64,000 nt of DNA from a virus (taxonomy: Duplodnaviria; Caudoviricetes), in the IMG/VR virus record IMGVR_UViG_3300035670_000186, positions 1,829 to 65,828 of that record; one strand, written 5' to 3'. The stretch's first letter is position 1, and every line of letters starts with the position of its first letter. Position numbers and translations under genes: made by a program. Shown here piece after piece: positions 17,215-30,800 of the stretch. Below the pieces are notes generated by a model. The model saw nothing but the letters and a program-made list of their open reading frames with translations, was not told the origin of the DNA and did no database searches.

Positions 17215-18552
17215 CTATTGGGCCAGGGTCGGAGCTTCGTCGAAGTCGACGAGCACGAACGCCTCGGGGCGCTTCACCGCCAGCGCAAGGCGCTGTTCGG
17301 CGAGAACCACGATTGCGTTGCGGACGAAGAAGTCCGAGTGCTGCTCGCTGACTCTGATGCTGGCCTGCTCGCGGTCGTAGAGCTGTGCGCCCGTACCGAA
17401 AGCACCGACCAGTGCCTTGCCTTCCTGCATCGCTGGGGTCTCCACGACCGGGATCCTCCAGATGCGCGGTTCGCCACCGAGTGCCACGGACACGGCGACC
17501 AGGTACTGGCCGTTGTTGTCCTTGGTCAGCTCGATCTTCTCCCAATCGCTCGGGTGAAGGATGACGCCCGTCGGCTCGTAGTAAGCGAGGAACGACAGGG
17601 TCGCGGCGCGACGGATGGCATCGGCCATCGAGTCTGCCACCGGGACGTCGGTCGGGCCGTCGCTCCAGGCGTAGTTCTGGATGCCTGAGGTCTCCATGAT
17701 GCCTTCGAGGTTCTCGCCGGTGCCATCGCCGCGGAGGATTTGGAAGTCCTCCTGGAGACGGAGACCGTACATGAGCTCGTTGTCGATGATCGAGCGGAGC
17801 TGTGGCTCATCGGCGAGGACGTTGCGGTGCGCCGCTTCCCAGTGGGCGAGCGTACGAACCGGTGCCTGCTGACCGACGAACTGGAAGCTCGACTGAGGCT
17901 TGGCGCCGAATGTGCCGCCAGAGCGCTCAGCGACCATCGCTGCGTTGTTCGAGGCCGTGGTGCCCGGCGTGGTGAAGCCGAGGTGACGGAAGTACTCGAT
18001 CACGGCCGCCGTGGTCGAACGCGACGGGAAGAGGTCCCTCACGCGCTTCGTCCTGGTCGGCTGGGTGACCATCGGGTCGCGCTGGATCGTGCCGAACGAG
18101 CCGGGCGTACCAGTCGGCAGAGCCGAGTACACGTCCTTCACGCCGTAGCCGCCAGTGAGCGAGCCGTTGTACTGGAACGGTGAGGGCATGTTGGCGCCGT
18201 TGCGACCACCGTTGAGGGCCTTGAACTCTGCCGACTCAACGAAGGCCTGACCGACGGTCATCGCCCTTGGTGCCGACGAGACCGACGATGCCGCGACTTC
18301 GGCAGCGACCGAGGTGTCGGATGCGACCGAACCCCAATCCTGAACCTTCTTCAGCGACTCGAGGCCCTCGATCAGACCCTTGATCTCGCGGATGTCGGCC
18401 ATGTTCTTGTCGAACGCCGACTTCTGCTCGGTCGTAACGACGACCGTTCCGTTGTCCACGCGGAAAGAATCCGCAATTTCCTTGTTGTGTTGCATCTTCT
18501 CGCGGAGTGCGCCTTGCAATTCGCGGAGTCTGCCTTCGTCGATTGACGACAT
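17215..18552 (-). CDS. HK97-fold major capsid protein
   Basis: Coiled-coil delta domain, RVRDLF, E.QIL.GDG.G.NL.GI, KD.NGQY and F.RN...LAE.R....V.RP.AF; GGGAGG RBS before ATG 18552. Confidence 0.95.
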   Translation of the reverse strand: MSSIDEGRLRELQGALREKMQHNKEIADSFRVDNGTVVVTTEQKSAFDKNMADIREIKGLIEGLESLKKVQDWGSVASDTSVAAEVAASSVSSAPRAMTVGQAFVESAEFKALNGGRNGANMPSPFQYNGSLTGGYGVKDVYSALPTGTPGSFGTIQRDPMVTQPTRTKRVRDLFPSRSTTAAVIEYFRHLGFTTPGTTASNNAAMVAERSGGTFGAKPQSSFQFVGQQAPVRTLAHWEAAHRNVLADEPQLRSIIDNELMYGLRLQEDFQILRGDGTGENLEGIMETSGIQNYAWSDGPTDVPVADSMADAIRRAATLSFLAYYEPTGVILHPSDWEKIELTKDNNGQYLVAVSVALGGEPRIWRIPVVETPAMQEGKALVGAFGTGAQLYDREQASIRVSEQHSDFFVRNAIVVLAEQRLALAVKRPEAFVLVDFDEAPTLAQ

Positions 18553-18672
18553 GTTTGCCTCCCTGGGCATAGTTGTTGCTGTTGTTTTAGACAGCGCCAG
18601 GTAAGCACCCGCTGCTTGCGTCTTGTTTAATAATTTACTACGGAAATTAAGTTCGTAGTGTAAGTAGCGTAG

Positions 18673-18882
18673 CTATGCGACAATGTCAATGATTGCCCCG
18701 ATTTTGTCGGCGGCGTCGAATTCTTCCTTGAGATCGGTGAGTTTTTTCCTGTTGTCGGGAGTGTCCTTCAATCCGAAAGTCGACAAGGGGAGGTCAAGTG
18801 CGGCGGATAGCTGAATCGCTTCCCAGGGGTTCAAGCCTTTTCCTGCTTTCGTGCGATCGAGAATGTCGTTTTCCTGTTTCAT
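18673..18882 (-). CDS. Small protein coupled to the 5254-aa ORF
   Basis: ATGA overlap at 18879-18882. Confidence 0.7.
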   Translation of the reverse strand: MKQENDILDRTKAGKGLNPWEAIQLSAALDLPLSTFGLKDTPDNRKKLTDLKEEFDAADKIGAIIDIVA

Positions 18883-21800
18883 TGAGGCTTTCTTCCTATC
18901 GGAATGGTTTTTGTCCTTCGTATATCTATCGGTTTATCGTCCGGTCCGACCCTATCCGTGAAAATGTATCTAAACAAACGAGGGTCCATTATGGCCAGCT
19001 CAAGTCCGCTGGCGCCCTGCTGCAACCTGCCGACCATGACCGGCTTCATGGGGTCTCTTTCGCTGTCGTAAATGTACAGCTCGTCGAAGTACCCACCGCT
19101 CATGAGGTCCGGCAAGATCTGGCTGAGGTTGTTTTGGATCGTTCTGACTATGGTCGGAGCCACGTAGCGACCCGTCCTATTGAATCGTTCTTCGTTTCTC
19201 TTCGCTAGAACCTCGTTCGGAGCGAAGAAATAATGGCCGATTACCTTGTAACCCCTGCCTCTCCAGTCGGTGATGTCTTGGTATCCGTCGTTGAATTGTC
19301 CGCTCGTGTCGTATACGAGGTCTACTCCGTTCTCCGTTGCCATGCGGGCGACAGCGGCGGCAACCGCTCTGGACTCCTGATGGGTAAAGGAAGCCGCATC
19401 TCGCAACCTTTCGGCGAACCAAATACGAGATTCCGGCATAACGATTTTTGCGTCGTCCGGATCGGCGACCATGGCCGTATCGTAATTCGGTATTCCGTTG
19501 AGTCCGTTGTTTCGCGCCGAGCTCTTGCCGGTTGCCGTTGCTCCGCCCAAAATGTAAACGGTCGGTTGTGATTCCGGCTGACCTTTAGAACCTTCGACCG
19601 CTTTTTGCATGCTTCTTTCGACATAAGGCCTCCACAGGTTCTCCACCCTGTCGCGATCGGTCCATTCCCCGAAAAGTTCACCGGACTTGTTCCAGCCCAC
19701 GCCGTAGTGCCTGTCCGTCGGAGCACCGCTGCTCAACTGCGAAGCGGTCATCGTGCTTTGAACGTCCATTAGATCCAGGGATCTGGCTAGCGAATCGTCT
19801 ACGGGGTTTTGATTATTTCCCATTGATGCGGTCGGATCGGAACCGCCGAAGGTCCACTTGCTTCTTGCGGTCCTCGTCCCCCACGGCATCATGGGATGCG
19901 GCATGTCGGTGCTAGAAAGGAACGTTTTTTTCCCGGCCGCCTGGCGAATGGTGTTTATGCGAGCTATTAGGTCTTGGTTTCTCACTCGCGCAGCCCTTGC
20001 GAGCATGGACAAACGGGAGGCTATCGATAACCTTATTTCACCCATAGGATCGCTGTTCGGATCTACTTGCATCATCGCCACGGCGCGACGCAGCCACTCC
20101 GCATGACCGAAAGCAAGTTCGTGTTTGCCGGCGGCTATATCGGAGAGCGGAATCCAATTGGCCGCTCGCGCATCAGATGCGGCGTTGAGATTGGTGTTCC
20201 ACGGAACTACGAACATTCCTCCTCCGACTCTTACTCCGTTGACGAAACGCGGATCCCAGTCCGGAGCCTCTATGGCCCCCATGTATTCGACTTGAAGAGC
20301 GGAATCAAGATCAACGCCCACTTCTTCCATGGTTTCCCGGGTGGCGGTAGTCATCAGTTCTTCGTTGCCGTCCCTAAGTCCGCCGACTAGGGCCATTGCA
20401 TCCGTGTACGGCCCGCTTTTGCGGGATATCATCGCAACTTGAGCGGTGCTGATGTCGCCGTCCATCATTCTTAGTATCACGGAATCCGCGCCTTCGATGA
20501 ATTGATCGTCTTTTCGGTAACTCCAGTCGTTGGTGCTCCAAGATACGTCTTCGTCCGTTCCCGTTCCGAGATTTTTTGAAATATTGAAAGGAGATCTCAG
20601 CGAGCTGAAATCCGCTGCTTTCTCCAACTCCTGACGCGATGCTTTCGGATCTCCGTAGATGCTGGAGTAGTAGTCTTTTTGGCTCAACTTGGGAGAGCGA
20701 GCGTACAGGTCCCTTATCGGCTCCATCATGGATTCGAATCCGTTGCCCATTGACGCGGTCGGTTCGCTTTCCTCGAGTGTCGTTACGTGTTCGTCGTTCC
20801 CGAAATACAGCCGCATGTCGTTGAGGATATTCTCCATTCTGCGACGTTCTCTCGGGTCTACCACCAAGGCATCAGCCCTTCGTACTGCATTGTTTATTGC
20901 TCCAACCAAATCGAACGGCTCTTGGCCCAGCTCTCCGTAAATCAAAACGGAGTTCGTCGGTCTTACGGCGGTCCACGACAACGGGGATTCTCCGCCTCTC
21001 CAGTCGTACTGAGAAATGGTCTTTCGGTCCACCGAGTCGGCGTAAATGTTCATCAATCTTGATACTTCGTCGACCAACTCTCCGTCCGTAGCGTAGGCCG
21101 TTCTGACGGATTCACTCCTGTCGGAGTTGAACCAGGCTTTTTGCGCTATGGCGTTTATTCTGGCTCTTTCGGCCTGCTTGTCGATCGCGTTCATTCGCGA
21201 CCTACCGGACGACATGGAAGCCGTTGGACCCATGTCCCCGGTAACTCTCGCAGAACCAACGGCGCTCATGATCTGGAAAGGTGAGATGCCGGCTTGAGAA
21301 AGCAGGTCACCTACACCGTCGTCGTCGCCATCATGAAGGTTGGGGTCGACTATGGCGACTATTAGGTCGCCCATATCCACGAACTCCATGCCCCTACGCG
21401 AGGCCGCCAAGATGGCGTTTCTCATCGCCTTGGATGCGGCTTTGCTGAAACCGGTAACTTTCTCGGATTCTTTTCCATCCGACGCGTTCAGTGCCGTCAT
21501 CATGGCGTTTTGTAGGGATTCGATCGGTATGTCCAGTTTTCGTAGAGCCTGATTCACGGCTCCAGTTCTGTTTCCGGAAGCTATCCGCCAAGCGCCCAAC
21601 AACAAGTGAGAGGAGTTGAGTTGCTTGTTTCTTCCCTCTTTCGCCTCGTCGTAGCCGTTCACGACAGCCGAAACGGCATCGTTCGTAAAACGACTCATTG
21701 CCATTCTGGTCAGAGAGGACATCGATGCGACCGGTCCGTCCGGCCCGTCGTTGGATGAGGTTAGTTCTCCGTTCCCGGTCGTATCCAGCCATTGTTCGAA

Positions 21801-24800
21801 CGTCGGTAGCATTTTGAGTCTTTGCTGATCGCTCAACAACTGATCCTTGATTGGATCCAAAACCTCTCGTTTGTATCTCCCCAATAGTTGGCGCCTTCTC
21901 TTCGTTCGCTCGGTTGCGGCTACGAACGGAGAAACCTCGGCGATAGCTTCGCCGATGGTCTTAATCGATCCGAACATGCCCGAGTTGATGTATCCGGCGA
22001 ATTCGTCCTGCATCTCGTTTCGTTGTTGTTCCAAGAGTCTTTGATAGGCGTCGTAGAACTCTTGAGTTTTCATTACCTGCTCTAGCTCTAGGTCCTCCCC
22101 TAATTGACGGTTGAGAATGGATTCCATCATGGAGCCGAACTCTTCCGGTCCCATTCCCTCCATGGCGCCTTCGGCAACGGCGACGTCGCCGAATATTGCT
22201 CCCGCTATCGCCGACATGATCGATTGACGTAGTTTCATGCTCGTCATTTCGTTTATTTGCCCGGCATCCTCGAGCTCTTTTAGTAGTCCGCCGAGGGCCA
22301 TCGCTTCGGCTAGGGTTTTGTCGGCCGAGGCGTTCGGACCGTTGACTATCGTGTCCAAAACTCTCATAAAGGAAGAAATTTTTCTGTAGCCGACCGACTG
22401 ATTGCTTCTATATTGGGACAAAATTGCAGAAGCAAGTTGCCCCACTGCGTCGGTTACGCCGATTTTTCTGTCAATGTTCGTCATGGCGACCGCAACCTGC
22501 GGCCTACTTAGCGCCGCTTCTCCGATAACCGTGAAAGGAAGGCCTTCTATCGTCAGAGCCAGCTCTTGAATTGCTTCTTCGAAAGATTTTCCGACGACCG
22601 GATATACGTCGTTCGGATCGTTTACGTTCAGGTACGGGAATATGTTCTTCAATTGATTCAAAACTTCGGGCACCGTTACGGTTCCTTGGGGTATTCCGTT
22701 TACCACTAGACCGAGCCACTCGTCCCACTTCTGAACGTCCGGCGTAGGCCACGAGAGGTCCTTTATGTTTTCTCTTACTTTGTCCAGTATTTGCGTGGGG
22801 GTTATTTCGTCGTCGCCTTCGAATTCTATTTCTGAAAGATCCGACACGTATTGGGCGAACTCTTCCGGCGACATGTTCAGTATTGTTTCGTCGGACAGTT
22901 GTCCGTAGGCTCCGGTCGTCTCCCACCAGTAGCGCCCCGGAGTTTCCGATACGACCTCGTTTATCTTTTCGATCATGTCGTTTTCGTCGTCGGTCAGTTC
23001 GGAAACTTCCGGAATTTGGCCAACGAATTTACCCAAGGAGTCGTTCCATCCCGGCTTGTACGGTCGTTCCGAGCCAGGCCCTGCGTAAACGATGTTCGGG
23101 CCGTACATGGACCAGAAACCGAAAGAGTCGACTCGCGGTCTGGCGTAGGTCAACCAACCCAAGTTGTTGTCTTGGCCCGTGTAAAACGGCGAAGAATATT
23201 CTTCCAATGCCGTTGCTTGAACGGCGCGGCGGTAGAGCGCCGTGGCCAACATGTCAGACATTATTTTCGCCGAAACCATCGCCGAAACGCCGAGCCGTAC
23301 GGACTTGTTGAATTGATTCATGCCGTCCGCTGCGCTCCCGAAATCCTCCATGGGGAGAGCCGAATTAACGAAGTCGTCGGGATTGAGAATTATTTCCTTC
23401 AGTCCTTTGAATATGCTGTCAAAGGCAAAAGCAAAAACTTGATCGTCCATTTCTCTGACGGGAAGCGGATATCGCTCGCCCGGCATCCTGCGAGAACCGG
23501 GTTCGTCGGGAAGATTTAACGGCGCAGATTGCATCACGTTGGTGGGCATCATTTCGCCGAAAGTGTCTATTATCGGCGACATCATGGTGTACATGCCGTA
23601 GGCCCAATTTGCGAGAATCAGTTGGCGAGGCGTTAGTTCGTCGAGTATCTGACGCGCGGAAACGTCGCCTTGCATCGCCCCCGAAAGCAACAACTGCGAG
23701 AACATGGCCTCCCCGGGCATGATGTCAGACAGTTCCGATATGTTGGGAGCTACCGGAAATCCCGTAACCGTAAACTCTATGTCCTGAGACGGGCTTCCGA
23801 TCACCGTGCTTGAACCGGATCCGTACGTAGCCCTGAGTTGGTTGCGTTCGTCCACTGCCGCCATGATCGGTATGAGTCTTGCCAGCACTTTTTCGTCGCC
23901 TTGTTCGAAAAGTGGAGGCGCCGTAGCCAAGTTTGGATTCCGCATCACCTGACGCAATTGCCACAGCTTGAGCCTCAGGTCGTCGTCCATGTCTCTCGGC
24001 AACTCCGGTTCGTCCAAAAATCCGGCTTGAATCATGTCCGCCGTGCTGACCCCCTCTCTCGCGGCGTCGGCGATAGCGAGACCGTCCTCGGGATTTCTGA
24101 AATATCTGTCGTTCGCTCCGAGTAGCATCATCCTGAGCGTCGGCAAAACTCCCCTGAATACTCCGGTCGAATTGAATTCTTTCTTTACGCTGCTCGGCAA
24201 CGCAGTGAGCATGAACAAAGGACTAGCGGGGTTTTCCGATCTCGTGGCTATTTCAAATATCTTGAAATCTTTGCCCGTTAGCGATAGGCGTTCTTCGTCG
24301 GAGGGATCTCCGGCAATCACTATTTCTTTCGGTTCGTATCCGTCTGTTCCGATGTCCCCGAATATCATTCCGATCAGGCGCTCCGCATCGGTCACGTCCC
24401 TGCGAGAGAAATAACCACCCTCGAGTATCAGTGAAGTCCAATCGGACACCGCATCCCTCCACATCGCCATCTTTTTGGCGTTTTTCGGCCCGCCACTAAC
24501 GCTCAACGAAGACTCTTCGTTCGTTCCATCGAATGGATTGCCAACGTATGCGGGGGGATCAATATCGGGCGGAACCGGCGATCCATCCGGCATTTGCGGA
24601 GGATTCGATTTTTCCAACCAGTTTTCCGAAGGTCCGTCCTGCATTCTTGACTCGTCTTTGATTCTCTTGTTCGCCATGGATGCGGTCGGCTCGTCGGAAT
24701 AAGCGTTTTGTACGTATTCGTCGGCTCCAGAAAGAATGGATTCCAGGCTCTGTGAACCGATGCCGTATTTGCGCATCATCGCTCGCTTGGACATGCCGGA

Positions 24801-27800
24801 TTGATAGTCGTTGATTATCGAGTCGGAGTTCTGGGAAATCCACTGAGGCGAACCGACGGCATCCGGAACGACTCCGGCTTTTCGTAGTTCGTGCAATGAA
24901 TTTCTGACGGTATTGGAGTTGATTCCCGTTGCACTGACTATTTGCGGTTCGCCATATCCGGATTGCGCCAATAGGGCCACCGCTTCCTTACGGCTGCGCG
25001 GAGAATTGTTCGACACGTAGTTCGCGGCCGTCTCTTGGTCTATGAAATCCTCTCCAATCGCGTCGTAGAACCTATTGACCGTGCCGTCGTTCAGCAACTG
25101 ATTGACCTGACGCGCAACGAAATATCCGTCATCGCCGAGCGATTCGGCGACCGATTGTTCGTCCATTCCCTCGGACAGCATGCGAACTGCCTCCCCCGAT
25201 CTGTCCCACGTGCTGGCGAGCCAGTAAAAATGCCCCGCATCGATATTCGTCGGAATTGATTCATCTGGCCAAATTTGTTCGGCGGTCTTTCCGAAGGCCT
25301 CTGCCACTCTTCTTGATGCGTTTTTGCTCAGTGCTCCGCCGGCGGCGCGAAGATTGCTAACGAGTTCTTGATCCGTGTTCAAGAACCTCGCCAATGCAGA
25401 GTCCGACATTTCGTAAATTGCCGGTACCGCATCGGCCAAATCGGCGAATGCGTACGCTCCGCTCGATGAGACGTCGGAAGGTCGCAATCCGTTGGACGAA
25501 AACAGCGGACTCATGCCGTCGGATCCGACGAGTTCCCTGCCGAACAAACCGGTAGTCAGTCCGCTTCCCGATATGGCTCTCGCCAATGCTGGGTATGGGC
25601 CGTCTAGGGAGCCGAAATCCTCTATTTGTTTTTGCAACTTCGTCAACTCGTTCGCCACGCCCATTTGACCGAGCGAAACTGTGGCCGCCTCCGACATTAA
25701 CCATCTTTGCCTGTCCCTGTAGGTCATGAAATTCCAGTCGGAAGGCAACGAGGAGGAAAGTTTTGCGATGCGCTTCCTTCTGGACCCGGTCGCGTATACG
25801 AGTTTTGCCACGTCGTCCGAAAGACCGAACGCAGTCGCTATGTTCTCCGCCGACATCGGCATTTGTCGATGAAATCCGATTGCTTCGGTTATGGCGGAAT
25901 TCGCTATGGATAGGTTTTCCGCATCGGGGGTGACCAGATCCATGGCTCCGTCCCCGAACTCCGACAAAAATGGGAATCTATTCAAAGTCATTCTTCTTAC
26001 CGACTCGGGTGAATAGGCGTCGGCGATTCGAGATGCGAACGAGTGGGCTGACCTGAGTGCGGTTCTCGCCCTAGTCAGCAATGTCTCCGTTGCTATGGCG
26101 TCCTCTACGTCTTCTTTGCTTACTCCCAAAATCCTGGAAGCCATGTCCGGGGAGGTGAACAGCACGACGTTGCGAACGTTGTTACTGGCCGACCTGAGCA
26201 TCGTCAGGGCGGCTTCGACGTCGGCTTCGCTTGCCAGGTTCGTGTCCATAGCCTGAGTCAGTCCGTCGTTTACCGCGTCGTATGCGATTCTTCTGGTCAA
26301 GGACGGAAGGGAATCAAGCGCAATATCCGAGAATTTGAGGAATCTTCCTCCCAACTTCGTTCTCGCCAGTGCTTCTGATGCCATGTCGGCGGCCGCGACT
26401 ATGCTCGCCGAATCAACCGATTGCTCCAGAGCTCGGGGCGTTGATACGTCCAGGGTCGGAAGGATGTCCTCGTTTGTCTCGTTTCGAAGGACCGACATGG
26501 CTGTTCTCATGTCGGGGACCGAAACGAACTGCTCTATGTTATTTTCACGACGCATTTTGTTGAGAGATAGAGTTTGTTCTGCGAGTCGTTGCTCGACCGA
26601 ACTCAACAGAGTCCTCTTCGGAGCGGGCTGCTCTCTTTCCGATCCGATCATCGGATATCTCATCGAGCCGATTCCCATGCTTGCCGTAATGTCGTCGGAC
26701 TCCAGACCCGTCGGATCGTTGCGCAACATGTTCAATCCGTTAGAAATTCCCCTGATTTGGTTCATGCGATCGTCCATTTCCGACGTCGTCATGTTCACCG
26801 CATTCTTGATTTCTTCAACTCTGTTGCGCACTTCCTCCATTTGCGAGTAGACGACCTGTCTGGCCCTGTTGGACGCTTGCGCCATTCGCGACAAATCCGC
26901 CGTTTGATTCATCGCCGAAAGCATCGCCGGTTGTATCGCCACGTAGGCGGCCCTAATTCCGTCAACGACTTGTTGCGGCGTCATTCGTCCCGCTTTTAGT
27001 TCGGACATCAAGCGCTTTCGTTCGGCATTGAAACCGCTCGACATTACGGCTACGGCCGATGTGAGGGTTTGAATTCTCGCCCTAATTCTGTCTTGGTAGA
27101 AACGACTCAGTTCTTTAGACTGATTCTCGAGTTGCCTGAGTTGTTGGTCCAGGTCGAAAAGTTCTCCGGCTATGCCGTTTCTATTGTTTTTGTTGATATC
27201 GACCAGCATTGCGACGGTTCGCCGTACCGCCGACTCGTTGAATCGCCTAGCCGCCGCGTCGTTTGCGGAGTCAAGATGGCCCTGCAATGCGGAGGAGCTT
27301 ATGTTGTTGTCTCTGGCATGTTTTCTGAGTCCGGCGATTATCGCATCGGGATGGAAATTGTCTCCGTCGGATGTTTTTTCGATATCGGCTATTTCGTACG
27401 GGTCCAAGAAAGGTGCGGTAGTGAGCGAGGTCCACCATCTCTGCCTTGCGACTTGACTTGCCTTAGCGGTGGAAGAGGCTATTTTTTTCTGCTTTGCCCT
27501 TCGTTCATCGCTGACCTGAACTCTGTTCATGACGTCCGAGTTCGGATAGCTATTCAAGGAGGGGAAACCTGGTTGATCGTCGGGATCGGGCGGCAGAGAC
27601 GCGGCCGCCACTCCTAGTTGCCTGTCGGAAACTTCGTAGGGGAACATATCGGAAATTGCCCGAATGACCCTGTCCAAGTTGAGCGAGGACGGATCGCCCA
27701 TGACTTGGTCTATGATTCCGGGGCCGAATTTTCTAGAATTCTTTTCGTAATGCTCTCCGCCCAATATTCGTGAGTATCTATTGGCCTGCTCCAGCCAGTC

Positions 27801-30800
27801 GCCAAAATCGCCGAATCCGTCCTTCACTTGTCGTATCGTTCTGTCTATTTGTTGAACTATTGGGTGCGTACTCGGATCACCTACGAACTGTTCTTCTTCC
27901 GACTCCAAGGCTTGATCGTCGGTCTGTCGAGCGATCTCCTCGTCTCTTGCTTCGGGGTAATAGACGAGCTTGCCATTCGACAACGATTGGAAATCCCCAA
28001 AACGTATGTCCTGCTCTTCAACCGGATCAAAATCCGGATCGTTGTTCGGATTGGACATTCTGTGAAGCGGCGGTATTTTGCCCAACGACATATGTATCGC
28101 GACCAGTTCTTGCATCGTGGAGAGGAACAGCTTGGCCTCGTCGCTTTGGGCTAGTGCGCCAGGATTCGTCGGATCAAAATCGGCCGGAAAGTCGTAGCCG
28201 GCTCTGGCCAAAGAACGTTTTGTTGCGGCGACGATATCGTCGAATGCTTCCGTGGCTTTTGCGTATTGGCCCGACGATCTCAGTCTTGAGGCGACCAAGG
28301 TCGGCATTCTTCCTCTGCGCGCGTTGAACAGAGCGTCTATTACTAGTCTCGCTTTTATCGCCTCTTTGGCATCGGAAGTTATCGGCCATGCCCCGGTTTC
28401 GGTGTAGGAACCGCTTCGTATCCATCCTTCTATTTCGTTTCCAAAAATGGTGCTGGCATCGGTTTCCGACAATGCATCCAATTTGGATTCTTCGTCCGAC
28501 GGTGGAGTCGGCGGAGCGGGAGCCGCCATGGATGCCGTAATGTCTATTCCGAAAGAGCCCCACAAATCACCGTCATCCGGATCGTCCGTTTCGGTTTGGT
28601 CCCCTTGATAGGGCTGAAAATCGTTGAGCGCAGTTTGGGTGCGGGCTTGCCCGGCGACCCTTTCCAGAACACCCATGTCCGGCCCGGATGGCGATTCCGC
28701 AGTTAGATCGGCCAGCGCCCTCGTAGCGGCCCGATACTGATCGGAGGGAAGAATTTCCCTTCCTCCACTGACGAAATAATCGACGATGTCGCCGTAAATA
28801 ACTTTTTCTTCTGGGTTCAACATGAACATATCGGACGACCTGTCCCCAAAAGCCGCGTCCAAAGCCTCCTCTATCATGGAGGCAAGATTCTCCATCGTTT
28901 CCCCGTTTATCTCCGCCTTCGACAAGCGTCTTGCGAGGTTGTCCAGACGAGCGTCCAACTGTGACTGAGCCGAAAACTGTTGCCTCTCTTCGTAGGATCT
29001 TCTGTCCATGCGTTGAATTATCGACGGAACTATGTAGTTTCGACGCAAATTCTCCAGCTGAAAATCCGACAAGGATTCGATTATTCTTTTTGCGGTTTCG
29101 GCGGTCCCGTCGTAGGAGGCGATTAATTCGTTCAACGACAGTACGGTTTTTTCCGTTTCCGTTTCTTCGGAGATCCTGATCGGCTGATAACCCTTTCCGT
29201 CCGAAGGCAATGCGTCTATCGTTTCCCGCATCAATTTTCTTCCGCCGTCGGCTTGTTCCTTTGCCAAAGTAGCCGCTTTGAACTTACGAAGAGCCATGAC
29301 GGCTGCTTCGTCGAGAGATTTCGGCATCATCGACATGATCGAATTACCGGAGGAATCACTACCGAAAGTCCACAACATTCTCATTGTGTCTTCGGTTGTC
29401 GTTTCCGGACTGGCCAGTATTTCTTCCACCAGTTGCGACGCCAGTTCCGAATCACCGTCGATTGCCGCACGGGCCAATCGTTTCAGCGAATCCGAAAAAT
29501 TCTCTTCGGATTCCAGGATGGCCACTCTGTCCGAGAGCGCTTTGCGCTCTTTCGCATCCAGGGCATGAATTTCTGCGTAGCCGAAAAGATTTCGGACTAT
29601 TCCGGCGAAGTTGACTTTCTTGGCCTCCGCCTCGTACGCTGCTTTTCCGGCCTCGCTTTGTATCGACATTCCATCAAGTCGGGATAGTTGGTCGTCCGTA
29701 AGCGCGTCCACGGCGGACGCCAAGGATTCCGGGTCAAGCGGGCTTATCGCATCCACGTAGGAGAGTTGGTCCATGTGTCCAGCCGTCGGAACCCATTCGA
29801 TGTCCGCTGGCCTCGCCGATATGGTTCGCTTGACTCTCTCCAGGCCCGGCGCAAGTTCTTCCGCTAGGGCCTCCCTTGTCGCCTCTGCCGTTTCGGGGGC
29901 CGATAGCAGTTCGAGTAATTGTCGTCTATCGAGCGAAAGGATCTCCATCGCGGCTTTTGCTTTTGAGGCCGCAGAAGGAAACATATCCAAGTCGGATTGG
30001 GTTATGCGAGGCGGCCATCCGTCCGGAAGCATTTCTTGATACGAAGAAAACCCCGCTCCTTCCAGAATCTCGTATTCCGTTGGGTTGGGATCATCGGGCT
30101 TCCAACCATTTTCGTAGGCGATCACTTTGGCGGCGTTGAGTAATTCTCGCTTGAGTTTACGCAAACGCGGGATTATCGGAAGTTCCTCCACCGGAATTCC
30201 CGTTTCGCTCAACGGCGGGGGCGATATGTCGTCGTCAAGGGATGGCGCCGACGCATCGAAGGCGTCGTTTATTCTGTCGACGAGCGATGCGTATATTTGA
30301 TTGATGGTCGAATCCTCCAGCTTGTTAAGCAACGCCTGAAGAGCTTCTGGACTTCTGGCGATTCGGCCAAGACTCAATGGGTCTCGCTCGTATGTTACGC
30401 CCCTAGACAAAACCGAGAGTATCCCGTTCGGCTTCGACAACTCGATCAAAATATTTCTGCGAGCGGAAGCCAACTTCATCAAATCGTCGCGCGCTTCGTC
30501 TATCGACGAAACTCTTCCCAGTTCCAGCAATTCTCTTTGCTTTAAAACTCTTTCTTTGATTTCCGCCAACTGAACGCTCCAGGGCTTTTCTTCCGGACCG
30601 GCCATGGATACGACGGGACCATCCGACAAAGCGGCGACGTACCTGTCCTGAAACTGCGGGAACTTGTCCTCCAGAATGGCTTTGATCGCGTCGTTGGTTA
30701 CGTATTCGCCGTTTAGCACCGAATCGGCTATCTGTTCGTCTCTGCTGCGACCGTCGTTTTTGAGGGAAAAAGAACGGATGTCGGCTATGAAGCCGTCCAA

